Assembly (NCBI GenBank): GCA_963695225.1
Contig: OY968762.1
Location: 2,464,001 to 2,528,000, forward strand
Source of the DNA: Vulcanimicrobiota bacterium
GTDB lineage: Bacteria > Vulcanimicrobiota > Vulcanimicrobiia > Vulcanimicrobiales > Vulcanimicrobiaceae
Reading direction: 5' to 3'
DNA: 64,000 nt
Positions 1-9,913 of the stretch are shown piece after piece (position 1 is the first letter of the stretch; the number at the start of each line of letters is the position of its first letter). The notes beneath the pieces are model-generated. The model was not told the origin of the DNA, made no database searches, and saw only the letters and a program-made list of their open reading frames with translations. The translations under genes and the position numbers were made by a program.

Positions 1-36
1 GGAGGCCGTCATCCGCAAGCTCTAAAACTGAAAGGC

Positions 37-1206
37 GTGCCCGAACACGCGCTCGCCGCCCGGTTGCGCGCCGTTAGCGAAATCCCCGAACTCCTTGCGA
101 TTCGCGCGGCCCTCCCGTACAGTTTCGCCGGGTTGCTCGTCGCCGTGCTCGCCTTCATGGCGCTCGCGCCTGCGGGCTCGCTCGTCGACCGCTTCCAACA
201 ATCTTTTCTCGAGGGTTTCGGGCCGATGGCGGCGTTGCTCGTCGTCCTGCTCGCGCGCGAACTCGCGGCCCGGCGCAAGCTCGCGCAGGTCCCGATCGTG
301 CTTGGATCCGCTATGGCCTTCGCGCTCGTCGTTCCGCACCAGGCACCGTTCGACGTGCGCGCGGTCTCGCGCGCGCTCGGCGGGAGCGGACTCTTTCTCG
401 CGATGCTGATCGCGCTCGCGGCGGTCGGCCTCGCTCGCGCCGCCCGCGCGCTGACGCGGAACGCGCTCGCCGGCGCTTGGCTTGGAGCCGCGGCGCTCGT
501 CGGGTGCGCGCTCCTGCTGCTCGCCTGCGGGATCTCGCCGGTCGCGGTCCTCGACCGCGCGCTCGCGCCGCTCGGGACGATGGGGGACAGCCTGACGGCT
601 CTCCTCGCGATCACGTTCGTCGAAACCCTGTTGTGGACGATCGGCATCCACGGCCCGGCTGCGCTGGCGGCGATCGCCCTCCCCGTCTACCTTTCGCTGC
701 AGGCGCAGAACACGGAGGCGTTCCGGCACGGCCTTCCGCTGCCGCATATCGTGACGGTCTCGACGTTCTTGTTCGTCTTTCCGGGGGGCGCCGGCGCGAC
801 GCTTCCGGTTGCCGTGCTGCTGTTGCGCAGCCGCGTCGCTCGCGTGCGCACGGTCGCCCGGACGGCGCTGATCCCGGCGATCTTCAACGCGAACGAGCCG
901 CTCATGTTCGGGCTGCCGATCGTGCTGAATCCGATCCTGGCGTTGCCGTTCGTCACCGTGCCGCTCGTCCTCGGCTGCGTGACGTATTTCGCGACGGCGG
1001 CGGGGCTCGTCTCCCGCCCCATCAACTACGCCCCCTCCGCCTGGACGTTGCCGTTCGGCGCCTGGTTCGCGACGGGCGATTGGCGCGCGATCGTGCTGTC
1101 GGCCGTCAACGTCGCGATCGCGTTCGCGATGTGGGCGCCGTTCGTCGCGGCATACGACCGCGCCGAGGTGCGCCGCGACGCCGTCGAAGAGAAGAGCGTC
1201 GCATGA
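37..1206 (+). CDS. PTS sugar transporter EIIC (cellobiose/lactose family)
   Basis: Hydrophobic 389 aa; motifs LLWTIGIHG, GGAGATL, PAIFNANEPLMFGLPIVLNP typical of CelB/ChbC-type EIIC. Confidence 0.88.
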   Translation: MPEHALAARLRAVSEIPELLAIRAALPYSFAGLLVAVLAFMALAPAGSLVDRFQQSFLEGFGPMAALLVVLLARELAARRKLAQVPIVLGSAMAFALVVPHQAPFDVRAVSRALGGSGLFLAMLIALAAVGLARAARALTRNALAGAWLGAAALVGCALLLLACGISPVAVLDRALAPLGTMGDSLTALLAITFVETLLWTIGIHGPAALAAIALPVYLSLQAQNTEAFRHGLPLPHIVTVSTFLFVFPGGAGATLPVAVLLLRSRVARVRTVARTALIPAIFNANEPLMFGLPIVLNPILALPFVTVPLVLGCVTYFATAAGLVSRPINYAPSAWTLPFGAWFATGDWRAIVLSAVNVAIAFAMWAPFVAAYDRAEVRRDAVEEKSVA

Positions 1207-2459
1207 GAGCGTTTCTGCAGGCGGCGCTCGCGCGTTTCCCGGTCGCTCCTGCCGTCGCGGAGGCGGCGCTGCGCGCGGCGGCGAGATTGGAGGCGTTCGC
1301 GCCTGCGGGAGTTCGCGCGGAGGTCCGTGCGAACGTCGTCGCGGCGTTCCTCGCCGAAGGGATCGCCGAGAGCGATTTCGCGGGGACGCTCGGCTACGGG
1401 TACGACGATGCGGCCCGAGATCGCTACGAGACGTTGCTCGCCCGCGTCTTCGGCGCGGAACGCGTGCTCGCGCGCCTCTCGTTCGTGAGCGGGACGCATG
1501 CGATCGTCGCGGCGCTGGCCGCCTGCGCACCGCCCGGGACGCGCATCGTCAGCGCGACGGGGCGCCCCTACGATACGCTGCGCAACGCGCTCGCCGGCGC
1601 ACCATACGCGCTCGCAGCGCGCGGCGTGCGCTACGACGAGATCCCGTTCGCCGCGGACGGGAGCGTCGATCTGGCGGCGCTCGCCGAGACCTGCCGTAAC
1701 GACCCGCCCGCCGTCGCGTTCGTGCAACGCTCGCGCGGTTACGCTCCGCGCCGCTCGCTCTCCGCACGCGAATGCGGCTCGATCGCCGGCTGCGTGCGCG
1801 AAGCGGCTCCGCGCGCGCTCGTCCTCGTCGACAACTGCTACGGCGAACTCGTCGACTCGTGCGAACCGACGCACCACGGCGCCGATGCGGTCATGGGTTC
1901 GCTGATCAAGAACCTCGGCGGCTCGCTGGCCCCCGCCGGCGGCTACGTCGCCGGACGCGCCGGCGTCGTGGAGCGGATCGCGGCGTTTCACCTCGCCCCC
2001 GGCCTCGGAACGGCCGTCGGTTCGAGCCTCGGGTTCGGGCGAGCGTTCTTCCAAGGCCTCTGGCAAGCCCCGGCCGTCGTCGCAGAAACCTTGGCCGGAC
2101 TCGATTTTGCCGCCGCTCTGTTCGAGGAACTCGGCTACCGGGTCGATCCTCTCCCGGGAGCGGAACGCCACGATATCGTTCAGGCGATCGCGCTCGGGAA
2201 CCGCGAGCGCCTGGTGGCGTTTGCCCGCGGGCTGCAGCGCGCGATGCCGGTCAACGCCCGGTTCGCGCCGGAACCGGGCCCGGTACCCGGGTACCCCGAC
2301 CCCGTCGTCATGTCCGCCGGATCGTTCGTGAACGGGGCGACGATCGAACTCTCGTGCGACGCCCCGCTGCGGCCGCCGTTCGAAGTCTACCTACAAGGTG
2401 GTACGATGCGGGAGCATGGGGTTCTCGGGGCGCTGTTTGCGGCCGACGCGCTCGCATGA
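1203..2459 (+). CDS. PLP-dependent methionine gamma-lyase family / aluminium-resistance (YnbB-like) protein
   Basis: ATG at 1203 overlaps upstream stop (ATGA); motifs GYGYDD, FVSGTHAI, QRSRGY, VDNCYGE, GSLIKNLGG. Confidence 0.88.
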   Translation: MRAFLQAALARFPVAPAVAEAALRAAARLEAFAPAGVRAEVRANVVAAFLAEGIAESDFAGTLGYGYDDAARDRYETLLARVFGAERVLARLSFVSGTHAIVAALAACAPPGTRIVSATGRPYDTLRNALAGAPYALAARGVRYDEIPFAADGSVDLAALAETCRNDPPAVAFVQRSRGYAPRRSLSARECGSIAGCVREAAPRALVLVDNCYGELVDSCEPTHHGADAVMGSLIKNLGGSLAPAGGYVAGRAGVVERIAAFHLAPGLGTAVGSSLGFGRAFFQGLWQAPAVVAETLAGLDFAAALFEELGYRVDPLPGAERHDIVQAIALGNRERLVAFARGLQRAMPVNARFAPEPGPVPGYPDPVVMSAGSFVNGATIELSCDAPLRPPFEVYLQGGTMREHGVLGALFAADALA

Positions 2460-2460
2460 A

Positions 2461-2491
2461 AGGCGGCCCTCCCCTGCGAATAGGGCTGCCT
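2461..2491. terminator. Imperfect inverted repeat after the YnbB-like gene, possible terminator
   Basis: aggcggccct...agggctgcct stem directly after the stop codon; no clear U-tract. Confidence 0.3.
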
Positions 2492-2509
2492 TGAGGAGAG
2501 TGAGCGGAA

Positions 2510-2896
2510 TTGGGCGACATCGGCAATGGAGTCTCTTCCCAGCGGTCCCACGTGCGGCGCTACCTTCGCGCACCCGTCTCGATGCGCGTCGCGTACACGC
2601 TCGACGGGGAGGCCGTAGCGAACCATTCGCATTCGAGCGACCTCGGCGGCGGCGGCCTGCGCCTCGCCACGCAAGAGGATCTCGCGCTTGGAACCGTTTT
2701 GCTCCTGCGCTTCACGCTGCCCGGCGCGGCGCGCGAAACCGTAGCGCGCGGTCGAATCGTCCTATCGTTCTACAACGCGGATTCGGCGCAATTCCATCAC
2801 GGAATCGCATTCACGCAGATCGACCCGCGCGATCAAGAGACGATCATTCAGTTCGTTGCAGCCGAGATCGATCGCAACGAGGCGAAGCGCTCGTAG
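2510..2896 (+). CDS. Stand-alone PilZ-domain protein (candidate c-di-GMP receptor)
   Basis: RRYLR (RxxxR) and DLGGGG (DxSxxG-like) motifs, beta-rich, ends GIAFTQI; GAGGAG upstream of TTG start. Confidence 0.82.
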   Translation: MGDIGNGVSSQRSHVRRYLRAPVSMRVAYTLDGEAVANHSHSSDLGGGGLRLATQEDLALGTVLLLRFTLPGAARETVARGRIVLSFYNADSAQFHHGIAFTQIDPRDQETIIQFVAAEIDRNEAKRS

Positions 2897-2914
2897 CCCA
2901 GTTGGGACGCCCCT

Positions 2915-3163
2915 TTAGGGGCGCTCGCGCGTCGACGAACCGCCCATGAAACCGTAGAAGAAGTAACGGTCGCCTTCGGTTGTTTCGACGACGATCCGCG
3001 TGTCTTCCATCGATGCATGCTCGATGGTCTTGCCGACGAGGGTATCGAGGATTGACTGCGCTTGCACGAATTCTGCCTCACGAAGTGCATCGGGGTCGAT
3101 GTCCATGAGGTTGATAAGATCGTCGACCTTATCGTTTCCCAACTGGTCAGCCCCGCTGCTCAC
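2915..3163 (-). CDS. Small hypothetical protein
   Basis: Acidic, protein-like composition unlike shadow ORFs; AGAGGTG RBS before GTG at 3163. Confidence 0.6.
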   Translation of the reverse strand: MSSGADQLGNDKVDDLINLMDIDPDALREAEFVQAQSILDTLVGKTIEHASMEDTRIVVETTEGDRYFFYGFMGGSSTRERP

Positions 3164-3270
3164 AATGATCACACCTCTCTACATCGTCCGCGGCCTGCAT
3201 GCTTCTTGAGGTTTTCTTCGTCACACTTGTAGGGGACTTCCGGCGGCGCTTCTGAAAGTTTCGTTCGCCC

Positions 3271-3579
3271 ATGTATATCCTGGAAATCCTCGGTGGACCC
3301 CTCGACGGGAAAACCTGGGAATTCGACGGCGAAATCACGATCGGGCGGGATCACGAGGCGGCCGCCGCCTGCATCACGCTCGATCGTTATATTTCGCGCC
3401 GGCACGCTCAACTCCGTGAGGATGGCGGTCATTTGCTGCTCTGCGACCTTAGTAGCCGCAACGGGACGCGGCTTGGGGGCCGCCGCATCACTGCCGAGCC
3501 CGCCCCGCTCGGACTCGGCGAGCTTTTTGTCGTCGGAAGGACGAATCTCCGCGTGACCCGCCCGCCGGAGGTGGCTTGA
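3271..3579 (+). CDS. FHA-domain protein
   Basis: IGR, ISRRHA, SSRNGT FHA signature. Confidence 0.92.
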   Translation: MYILEILGGPLDGKTWEFDGEITIGRDHEAAAACITLDRYISRRHAQLREDGGHLLLCDLSSRNGTRLGGRRITAEPAPLGLGELFVVGRTNLRVTRPPEVA

Positions 3580-3583
3580 CTCC

Positions 3584-4471
3584 ATGCAGATCGTACGCAC
3601 ACCGGATTCGGCCCGCGCGATCGCTCGGACGCTGCAGCGCCCGCTGGGGCTCGTCCCCACGATGGGGGCGCTGCATGCCGGCCACCTAAGCCTCGTCGAA
3701 CGGGCTCGCGACGAGAACGTGGCGGTTGCCGCCTCGATCTTCGTCAATCCGCTCCAGTTCGGGCCGAACGAGGATTACGAACGCTACCCGCGAGCCTTCG
3801 AGGCCGATTGCGCGCAGCTGGCGGCGGCCGGCGTCGATCTCCTGTACGCGCCGAGCGTCGACGTGATGTACCCGAGCGGCTTCACGAGCCGCATCGACGT
3901 CGGGCCGCTGGGCTCGGTCTTCGAAGGGGCCGCGCGCCCGGGACATTTCGCCGGCGTCTGCACGGTCGTGGCGAAGCTGCTCCACGCCCTCGAACCGACG
4001 TCGGCCTACTTCGGCCAGAAGGACGCGCAGCAGACAGCGGTCGTGCGCCGCATGGTCAGGGACCTCGACATTCCGACGCGCGTCGTCGTCTGCCGGACGA
4101 TCCGCGAGCCGGACGGCTTGGCGCTCTCCAGCCGCAACGTCTATCTCTCCCCCGAGGAACGCCGCGCCGCGCCGAGCTTCCAGCGCGCCCTCGAAGCGGT
4201 TTCCCGCGCGATCGTCGCCGGTGAGTCGGATCCGCAGGCCGCGCTTTCGATCGCCCGGGCGATGCTGCGCCCGCCGCTGGAACTGGAGTACCTCGCGGTC
4301 GTCGATCCGGAGACGTTCGAAGCGCAGACGCGCCTGCGCCGCCCCGCGCTCGTCGTGGGGACGGTCCGGGCCGGCGGAACGCGTCTGCTCGACAACCTCA
4401 GCGTCCCGGCGGAAAACGGACGGGATCCGATGATCACGCCGTTCCACCGCTACGTCCGGGCGGTCCCGTGA
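3584..4471 (+). CDS. panC: Pantoate--beta-alanine ligase
   Basis: VPTMGALHAGH, SIFVNPLQF, RPGHFAGV, FGQKDAQQ, DGLALSSRN. Confidence 0.97.
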   Translation: MQIVRTPDSARAIARTLQRPLGLVPTMGALHAGHLSLVERARDENVAVAASIFVNPLQFGPNEDYERYPRAFEADCAQLAAAGVDLLYAPSVDVMYPSGFTSRIDVGPLGSVFEGAARPGHFAGVCTVVAKLLHALEPTSAYFGQKDAQQTAVVRRMVRDLDIPTRVVVCRTIREPDGLALSSRNVYLSPEERRAAPSFQRALEAVSRAIVAGESDPQAALSIARAMLRPPLELEYLAVVDPETFEAQTRLRRPALVVGTVRAGGTRLLDNLSVPAENGRDPMITPFHRYVRAVP

Positions 4472-5652
4472 AGGTTCTGCTCGGCGTTTGCGGCGGGATC
4501 GCCGCGTATAAGGCGGCGGCGCTCGCGAGCGCGCTCGTTCAGCGCGGCGATTCCGTGCGCGTCGTGATGACGGCCGAGGCGAGCGAATTCGTCGGCCCTC
4601 TCACGTTCGCGGCGCTCACCGGGGAGGCGGTACACTCTTCGCTCTGGGATGCGCCGGAAACGATCCCGCACATCCGCCTCGTCCGGGAGGCCGACGTTCT
4701 CGCGATCGTCCCGGCAACGGCGAACGTGCTAGCGAAGCTCGCTCACGGCATCGCCGACGATCTGCTCACGAACGCGGCCCTCGCGGCCCGGATTCCGATC
4801 GTCGTCGCGCCGGCGATGAACGCCGCGATGTACGAGCATCCGGCCACGCGCGCGAACCTCGCGGCGCTCCGCGCCTTCGGCTACGGCATCGTCGAACCGG
4901 GGAGCGGTTACCTTGCCGAAGGCGAGATCGGCCCCGGCCGGCTCGCGGAGCAAGATTCGATCCTCGCCGCGATCGACGGTGCGAGCGCGCGCTCCCGCGA
5001 ACTGGACGGCGAGTGCGTCCTGATCACGGCCGGCCCGACGCATGAGGCGATCGATCCCGTTCGCTTCCTCTCCAACGCGTCGACGGGGACGATGGGGATC
5101 GAAATCGCGCGCGAGGCGCTCGCGCGGGGCGCCGCCGTGGAACTCGTTCTCGGGCCGACGCTCGTCGATCCGCCGCCGGGCGCGCGCGTCACGCGCGTGA
5201 CGAGCGCGCAGGAGATGGCCGAGGCGGCGCTCGCGCTCGCGCCGGGAGCAACGGTCGCGATCGCGAGCGCCGCCGTCTCGGATTGGCGCCCGGCGCACGC
5301 GTACGCGCAGAAGCTCAAGAAGAGCGACGCGCCGCAGACGCTCGAACTCGAACGGACGCCCGACGTGCTGCGCGAGCTGGGCGCGCGCGAGCACCGTTAC
5401 TTCCTCGTGGGCTTCGCGGCCGAGACGGAACGGCTCGAGGAGCACGCGCGCGATAAACTCGCCGCGAAAGGCCTCGACGCGATCGTCGTCAACGACGTCT
5501 CACGCGCGGGAAGCGGTTTCGGGACCGGGGAGAACGAGGCGACGCTGCTCTGGGGAAACGAGGGCCGCCGTCCGCTCGGGCGCGCCTCCAAGCGGGAGAT
5601 CGCGCGGCGCCTGTGGGATGCGCTGCGCGAGCTGCGCGCGGGGCGGAGCTGA
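4468..5652 (+). CDS. coaBC: Phosphopantothenoylcysteine decarboxylase/ligase
   Basis: GGIAAYKA, PATAN, APAMN, TAGPTHEAIDPVRFLSN, VGFAAET. Confidence 0.97.
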   Translation: MKVLLGVCGGIAAYKAAALASALVQRGDSVRVVMTAEASEFVGPLTFAALTGEAVHSSLWDAPETIPHIRLVREADVLAIVPATANVLAKLAHGIADDLLTNAALAARIPIVVAPAMNAAMYEHPATRANLAALRAFGYGIVEPGSGYLAEGEIGPGRLAEQDSILAAIDGASARSRELDGECVLITAGPTHEAIDPVRFLSNASTGTMGIEIAREALARGAAVELVLGPTLVDPPPGARVTRVTSAQEMAEAALALAPGATVAIASAAVSDWRPAHAYAQKLKKSDAPQTLELERTPDVLRELGAREHRYFLVGFAAETERLEEHARDKLAAKGLDAIVVNDVSRAGSGFGTGENEATLLWGNEGRRPLGRASKREIARRLWDALRELRAGRS

Positions 5653-5655
5653 ACC

Positions 5656-6435
5656 GTGCTCCTGACGATCGACGTCGGCAACACCGATACGAAACTCGGG
5701 TTCTTCGGCCGCAACGGCGGAGACGTGGGGACGCTCCTGCACACGTGGCGCGTGAGCACGTCCCGTTCCCGCTCCTCCGACGAGTACGGCGTCCTGTTCC
5801 GTTCGCTCTTCGACGGCACCGCGCTCGCGCACCAGGAGGTCGAGGCGATCGCGATCTCGTCGGTCGTCCCGCAGATCGATCACGTCCTCGCGGACGCGTG
5901 CCTGCGCTATCTGCGCGTGCAGCCGTTCTTCTTGAGCGCCGCGGCGCAGGAGTTGATCCCGATCCGGACCGATCGCCCGAAGGAGCTCGGCTCCGATCTC
6001 GTCGCCGGTGCGATCGGCGCCGTCGGGGTCTACGGGGCGCCCGCGATCGTGATCGGCTTCGGAACGGCCACGACGTTCGGCGCGATCTCCGCGGAGGGGG
6101 CGTTCCTCGGGGCGGCGATCGCGCCGGGAATCCAGATCTCGATCGACGCGCTCGTCGCGCGGACGGCGAAGCTCCCGCAGGTCGCGCTCCACGCCCCGCC
6201 GGAGGCGGTCGGGCGGGATACGGTCAGCGCGCTCCAATCGGGGATCATCTACGGGTTCGTCGGCCAGACCGAGGGGCTCGTCCGCCGGCTGAAAGCGGAG
6301 GTCGGCGAGCAGGCGCGCGTGATCGCGACCGGGGGGATGGCCGAGGTGATCGCCCGCCACACGCGCGCGATCGACACGGTCGACCCGCACCTGATCCTCG
6401 AAGGGCTGCGCCGCTACTATGAGTCCGTTCGCTGA
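5656..6435 (+). CDS. coaX: Type III pantothenate kinase
   Basis: IDVGNT, SSVVP, LGSD, FGTATT, IAPG, VIATGG. Confidence 0.95.
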   Translation: MLLTIDVGNTDTKLGFFGRNGGDVGTLLHTWRVSTSRSRSSDEYGVLFRSLFDGTALAHQEVEAIAISSVVPQIDHVLADACLRYLRVQPFFLSAAAQELIPIRTDRPKELGSDLVAGAIGAVGVYGAPAIVIGFGTATTFGAISAEGAFLGAAIAPGIQISIDALVARTAKLPQVALHAPPEAVGRDTVSALQSGIIYGFVGQTEGLVRRLKAEVGEQARVIATGGMAEVIARHTRAIDTVDPHLILEGLRRYYESVR

Positions 6436-6448
6436 TCCGTCGCCGCCG

Positions 6449-6457
6449 TGCTAGAAT
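6449..6457 (+). promoter_or_regulatory. Extended -10 element (TGnTAGAAT); near-leaderless dusB transcript
   Basis: TGCTAGAAT ends 8 nt before the ATG; no SD sequence. Confidence 0.5.
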
Positions 6458-6465
6458 AACGAGTC

Positions 6466-7473
6466 ATGCCGCGCGTAGTCCCGGCCCTGCGAATCGGGGC
6501 GATCGAAGTTTGGCCTCCCGTCGTCCTCGCCCCGATGTCCGGCGTCACGAACCGGACGATGCGGGCGCTCTACAAGCCGTTCGGCTTCGGTTTGACGGTG
6601 ACGGAGTTCGTCTCTTCGAACGCGGTCGAGCACGGGAACCTGCGCACCCGGCAGATGATCGACCAGCACGGCGTCGAGCAGCCCGTCGCGACGCAGTTGT
6701 GGGGCAACGATCCCGAGACGATGGCGTACGCGGCGAAGGTCGTGCGCGAATGCGGCGCGGACATCGTCGACATCAACTTCGGCTGCCCGGCGCCGAAGGT
6801 CACGAAGACGGAGGGCGGGAGCGCCTGCCTTCGCGATGTCGACCGCTGCGAGGCGATCGTGCGCGCGGTCGTCGCGTCCGTCGACTGCCCCGTCACGGTG
6901 AAGATGCGCCTCGGCTGGAGCGAGACGACGCACGTCTATCTCGAAGTCGCGCGGCGCGCGCAGGCGGCGGGGGTCTCGGCGGTCACGCTTCACGCGCGGA
7001 CGGCGAAGCAATTCTACAAGGGTGCGGCCGATTGGTCGCACGTCGCGGCGCTCAAGCGGGCCGTCGACATCCCGGTTATCGGCAACGGCGACTTGGGTGA
7101 CGCGCGCGAGGCGCTGCGCAAGATGCGCGAGAGCGGCGCCGACGGCATCATGCTCGGCCGGGCCGTCCTCGGGAATCCGTGGCTCGCCGAACGGGTGCGC
7201 GATCTGATGGAAGGGCGCGAACCGCGCGCCTACCCCGCCGCCGCCGAAAGACTGCGCTACGCGATCCGGCATTACGAGGCGATGGTCGAGGAGTGGGGCG
7301 AAGCGCGGGCGGTCCCGCAGATGCGCAAGCACCTCGGGTATTATCTCAAGGGCTTCGCCGGCGCGAGCGAGTTGCGCGAGCGGGTGATGCGCACGCCGAC
7401 CGCTGCGCTGACGCTTGCAGCCGTCGAGGCCGCGATCGCGCGCCTCGAACTCGAAACCGAGGCGGCGGCGTGA
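6466..7473 (+). CDS. dusB: tRNA-dihydrouridine synthase
   Basis: LAPMSGVT, DINFGCPAPKV, TVKMRLGW, TLHART, IGNGD. Confidence 0.93.
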   Translation: MPRVVPALRIGAIEVWPPVVLAPMSGVTNRTMRALYKPFGFGLTVTEFVSSNAVEHGNLRTRQMIDQHGVEQPVATQLWGNDPETMAYAAKVVRECGADIVDINFGCPAPKVTKTEGGSACLRDVDRCEAIVRAVVASVDCPVTVKMRLGWSETTHVYLEVARRAQAAGVSAVTLHARTAKQFYKGAADWSHVAALKRAVDIPVIGNGDLGDAREALRKMRESGADGIMLGRAVLGNPWLAERVRDLMEGREPRAYPAAAERLRYAIRHYEAMVEEWGEARAVPQMRKHLGYYLKGFAGASELRERVMRTPTAALTLAAVEAAIARLELETEAAA

Positions 7474-8780
7474 ACGAACCCGCATCCTCCGTTCCGTTGC
7501 TCGGCGCTCCGACTCCGCAAGCGCTGTTCGACGAAGCGTACGAGAACTACAGACTCTACCTGAACCCTCCGCTCGCGCGCGTGATGAAGCTCTCCGGGAG
7601 CGCCGTCGAAGTGCGCGCGCAGGGCTGCACGATCTGGGATCACAAGGGGAAAGCGTATCTCGATTTCGCGGGCGGATACGGCGTCTTCACGCTCGGCCAT
7701 TCGCACCCGCGCGTCGTCGCGGCGGTCAAGGCGCAGCTCGATCTGATGTCGCTCTCCGGGCGCACGATGTTCAGCCCGCCGATGGGCCGGCTCGCGAAGG
7801 CGATCGCCGAGATCGCGCCGGGGGATCTTTCGATCTCGTTCTTCGCGAACAGCGGGACGGAGGCGGTCGAGGGCGCGCTCAAGCTCGCCCGTGCCGCGAC
7901 GAAACGCATGAAGATCGTCGCGACGGAAAACGCCTATCACGGCAAGACGCTCGGCTCCCTCTCCGCGAGCGGGCGCGAGTACTTCAAGCTCGCGTACGGT
8001 CCGCTCGTCCCCGCCTTCGAGCACGTTCCGTTCGGCGATGCGGATGCGCTCGAGGCCGTCCTCGACGATCACACGGCGGCCGTGATCGTCGAGCCGATCC
8101 AAGGCGAGGGCGGCGTGAACCTCCCGCCGGACGGGTATCTGACGCGCGTTCGCGAGGCCTGCGACCGGGTCGGCGCGCTGTTCATCGCGGACGAAGTCCA
8201 GACCGGGCTCGGCCGCTGCGGTCTGCTCTTCGGCTGCGACGCGGAAGGCGTCGTCCCCGACGTGATGACGCTCGCGAAAGGCCTCTCTGGCGGCGTGATG
8301 CCGATCGGCGCCTACGTCGTGCGCCCTTCCGTTTGGAACGCCGCCTACGCGAAGGCGCCGCTGATGCACACGTCCACGTTCGGCGGGAACCCGCTCGCCT
8401 GCGTGGCCGCGCTCGAAGCGCTCGCGATCTTGCGCGACGACGGTCTCGTAGAGAACGCGCGCGTGCGCGGCGAGGAGTTGATCGCGGGGGCCCGGAGCAT
8501 CGCCGCCGACTACCCCGGCGTCGTGCGCGACGTGCGCGGGCGCGGGCTCCTCGTCGGCGTCGAGCTTACGAACGAGGGCTACGGCGGCGCGATCATCCCC
8601 GAGATGCTCAAGGCCGGCGTGACGGCCGCCTGGACGCTCAACATGCAGCGCGTCATCCGGCTCGAACCGCCGCTGATCGTCACGGCCGACGAGATCGCGC
8701 GCGCGCTCGAGGCGTTTCGCGGCGGGGTCCGCGCCGCACGCGCGAAACTCGGCGACTTGCCGAACGCGCAAGGATCGTAA
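7470..8780 (+). CDS. Class-III PLP aminotransferase (putrescine/acetylornithine aminotransferase-like)
   Basis: GTG at 7470 overlaps dusB stop; NSGTEAVE, YHGKT, EPIQGEGG, DEVQTGLGR, AKGLSGG, STFGGNP. Confidence 0.9.
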   Translation: MNEPASSVPLLGAPTPQALFDEAYENYRLYLNPPLARVMKLSGSAVEVRAQGCTIWDHKGKAYLDFAGGYGVFTLGHSHPRVVAAVKAQLDLMSLSGRTMFSPPMGRLAKAIAEIAPGDLSISFFANSGTEAVEGALKLARAATKRMKIVATENAYHGKTLGSLSASGREYFKLAYGPLVPAFEHVPFGDADALEAVLDDHTAAVIVEPIQGEGGVNLPPDGYLTRVREACDRVGALFIADEVQTGLGRCGLLFGCDAEGVVPDVMTLAKGLSGGVMPIGAYVVRPSVWNAAYAKAPLMHTSTFGGNPLACVAALEALAILRDDGLVENARVRGEELIAGARSIAADYPGVVRDVRGRGLLVGVELTNEGYGGAIIPEMLKAGVTAAWTLNMQRVIRLEPPLIVTADEIARALEAFRGGVRAARAKLGDLPNAQGS

Positions 8781-8785
8781 CGAGA

Positions 8786-9229
8786 TTGCCCTACGTCGAA
8801 ACGAGCATCGTCGTCGATGCGCCGGCGCGCGACGTCTACGAGCTCGCCAAGGATCAAGAACGCTTCCCCGAGTTCATGCCGGACGTCGAGTCGGTTTCGA
8901 TCGTCGAGCGCAAAACGGATCGCGTGATCTCGCGCTGGAAGACGCTCGTCGAAGAAGCGCCGATCGAGTGGATCGAAGAGGATCGCTTCGACGACGACAA
9001 CGCGCGCATCGATTACAAGCTGCTCGAAGGGGACCTCGATAAGTTCGAGGGCGCTTGGACCTTCGTCGACGGCGCCGGCTGCACGCACGTCACGCTCACG
9101 GTAGAATACGATTTCGGCGTCCCGACGCTCGCGGAGCTGATCGGGCCGACGCTCCACAAGAAAGTGTTGGAGAACAGCGAGATGATGCTCGCGGCCCTCA
9201 AACGGGAGGCCGAAGCGCGCCGCCCGTGA
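8786..9229 (+). CDS. SRPBCC / polyketide-cyclase (START-like lipid-binding) protein
   Basis: TTG start; VETSIVVDAPARDVY...FPEFMPDVESV, GDLDKFEGAW pattern. Confidence 0.85.
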   Translation: MPYVETSIVVDAPARDVYELAKDQERFPEFMPDVESVSIVERKTDRVISRWKTLVEEAPIEWIEEDRFDDDNARIDYKLLEGDLDKFEGAWTFVDGAGCTHVTLTVEYDFGVPTLAELIGPTLHKKVLENSEMMLAALKREAEARRP

Positions 9230-9253
9230 GGGCGGCGCCATGAAGTTCGGCCG

Positions 9254-9910
9254 TTACGGCCGCGCGAACGCGACGAGCGTCGCCGCTTCGCGGTCGTTCG
9301 TCCAAAAGCGCGAGCCGTCGTAGGTGAGCGAACGGCACTGGAACCCAATCGCGGCGAGGTCGGTGATAACCGGCTCCGCGCCGCCCAGAGCGACGTGCGC
9401 GAAGCGCCAATCGCAGATCTTCTCGTCGCCGCGCAACGCGTAGAGTTCGCCGTCGGCGAACGTGAAGCCGCAGATGTGCGCGCCGACGTCGATCGTCTGC
9501 GTTACGGTTCCCGTAGCGTCTAGCTTGAGGATGAGCCCTTTGTAGAACTGGCTCATGTAGAGCGAACGGCCGTCGTAGCCTAGATACGACCCGGTGAATT
9601 CGGGGCACGCGATCTTATCGTTGTTCTTGAAACCGTGCCCGAGGATATAGCGGCGGATGTAGCGATCGTCGTCGGGGCCTTCACCGATCGTCACGCGCAA
9701 CTCGTCTCCGACCACGACGGCCCCCCAAGGTTTCCCCGGTGCGGTTCGCTCCTCGGTGACGACGCCCGTATGGATGTCGATCGCGTAGATGCGCTCCGTG
9801 TCGCGCGAGCCCATCCAGAGGTGCGGGCCGTCGCAGGCGAGAGCCTGCGGGGCCGGCGCCGGCGATGGGAGGCGCTGGAGTTCGTGAATTGGGGCGAGAG
9901 TAGTGGTCAT
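9254..9910 (-). CDS. Hypothetical beta-propeller-like protein (paralog 1)
   Basis: Repeated (L/Y)DG..LW/LY blade-like units; clearly homologous to the adjacent ORF. Confidence 0.75.
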   Translation of the reverse strand: MTTTLAPIHELQRLPSPAPAPQALACDGPHLWMGSRDTERIYAIDIHTGVVTEERTAPGKPWGAVVVGDELRVTIGEGPDDDRYIRRYILGHGFKNNDKIACPEFTGSYLGYDGRSLYMSQFYKGLILKLDATGTVTQTIDVGAHICGFTFADGELYALRGDEKICDWRFAHVALGGAEPVITDLAAIGFQCRSLTYDGSRFWTNDREAATLVAFARP

Positions 9911-9913
9911 GCG

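Noticed and set aside
1..25. 3' end of an upstream gene (..EAVIRKL-stop)
   Set aside because: Too short to identify.
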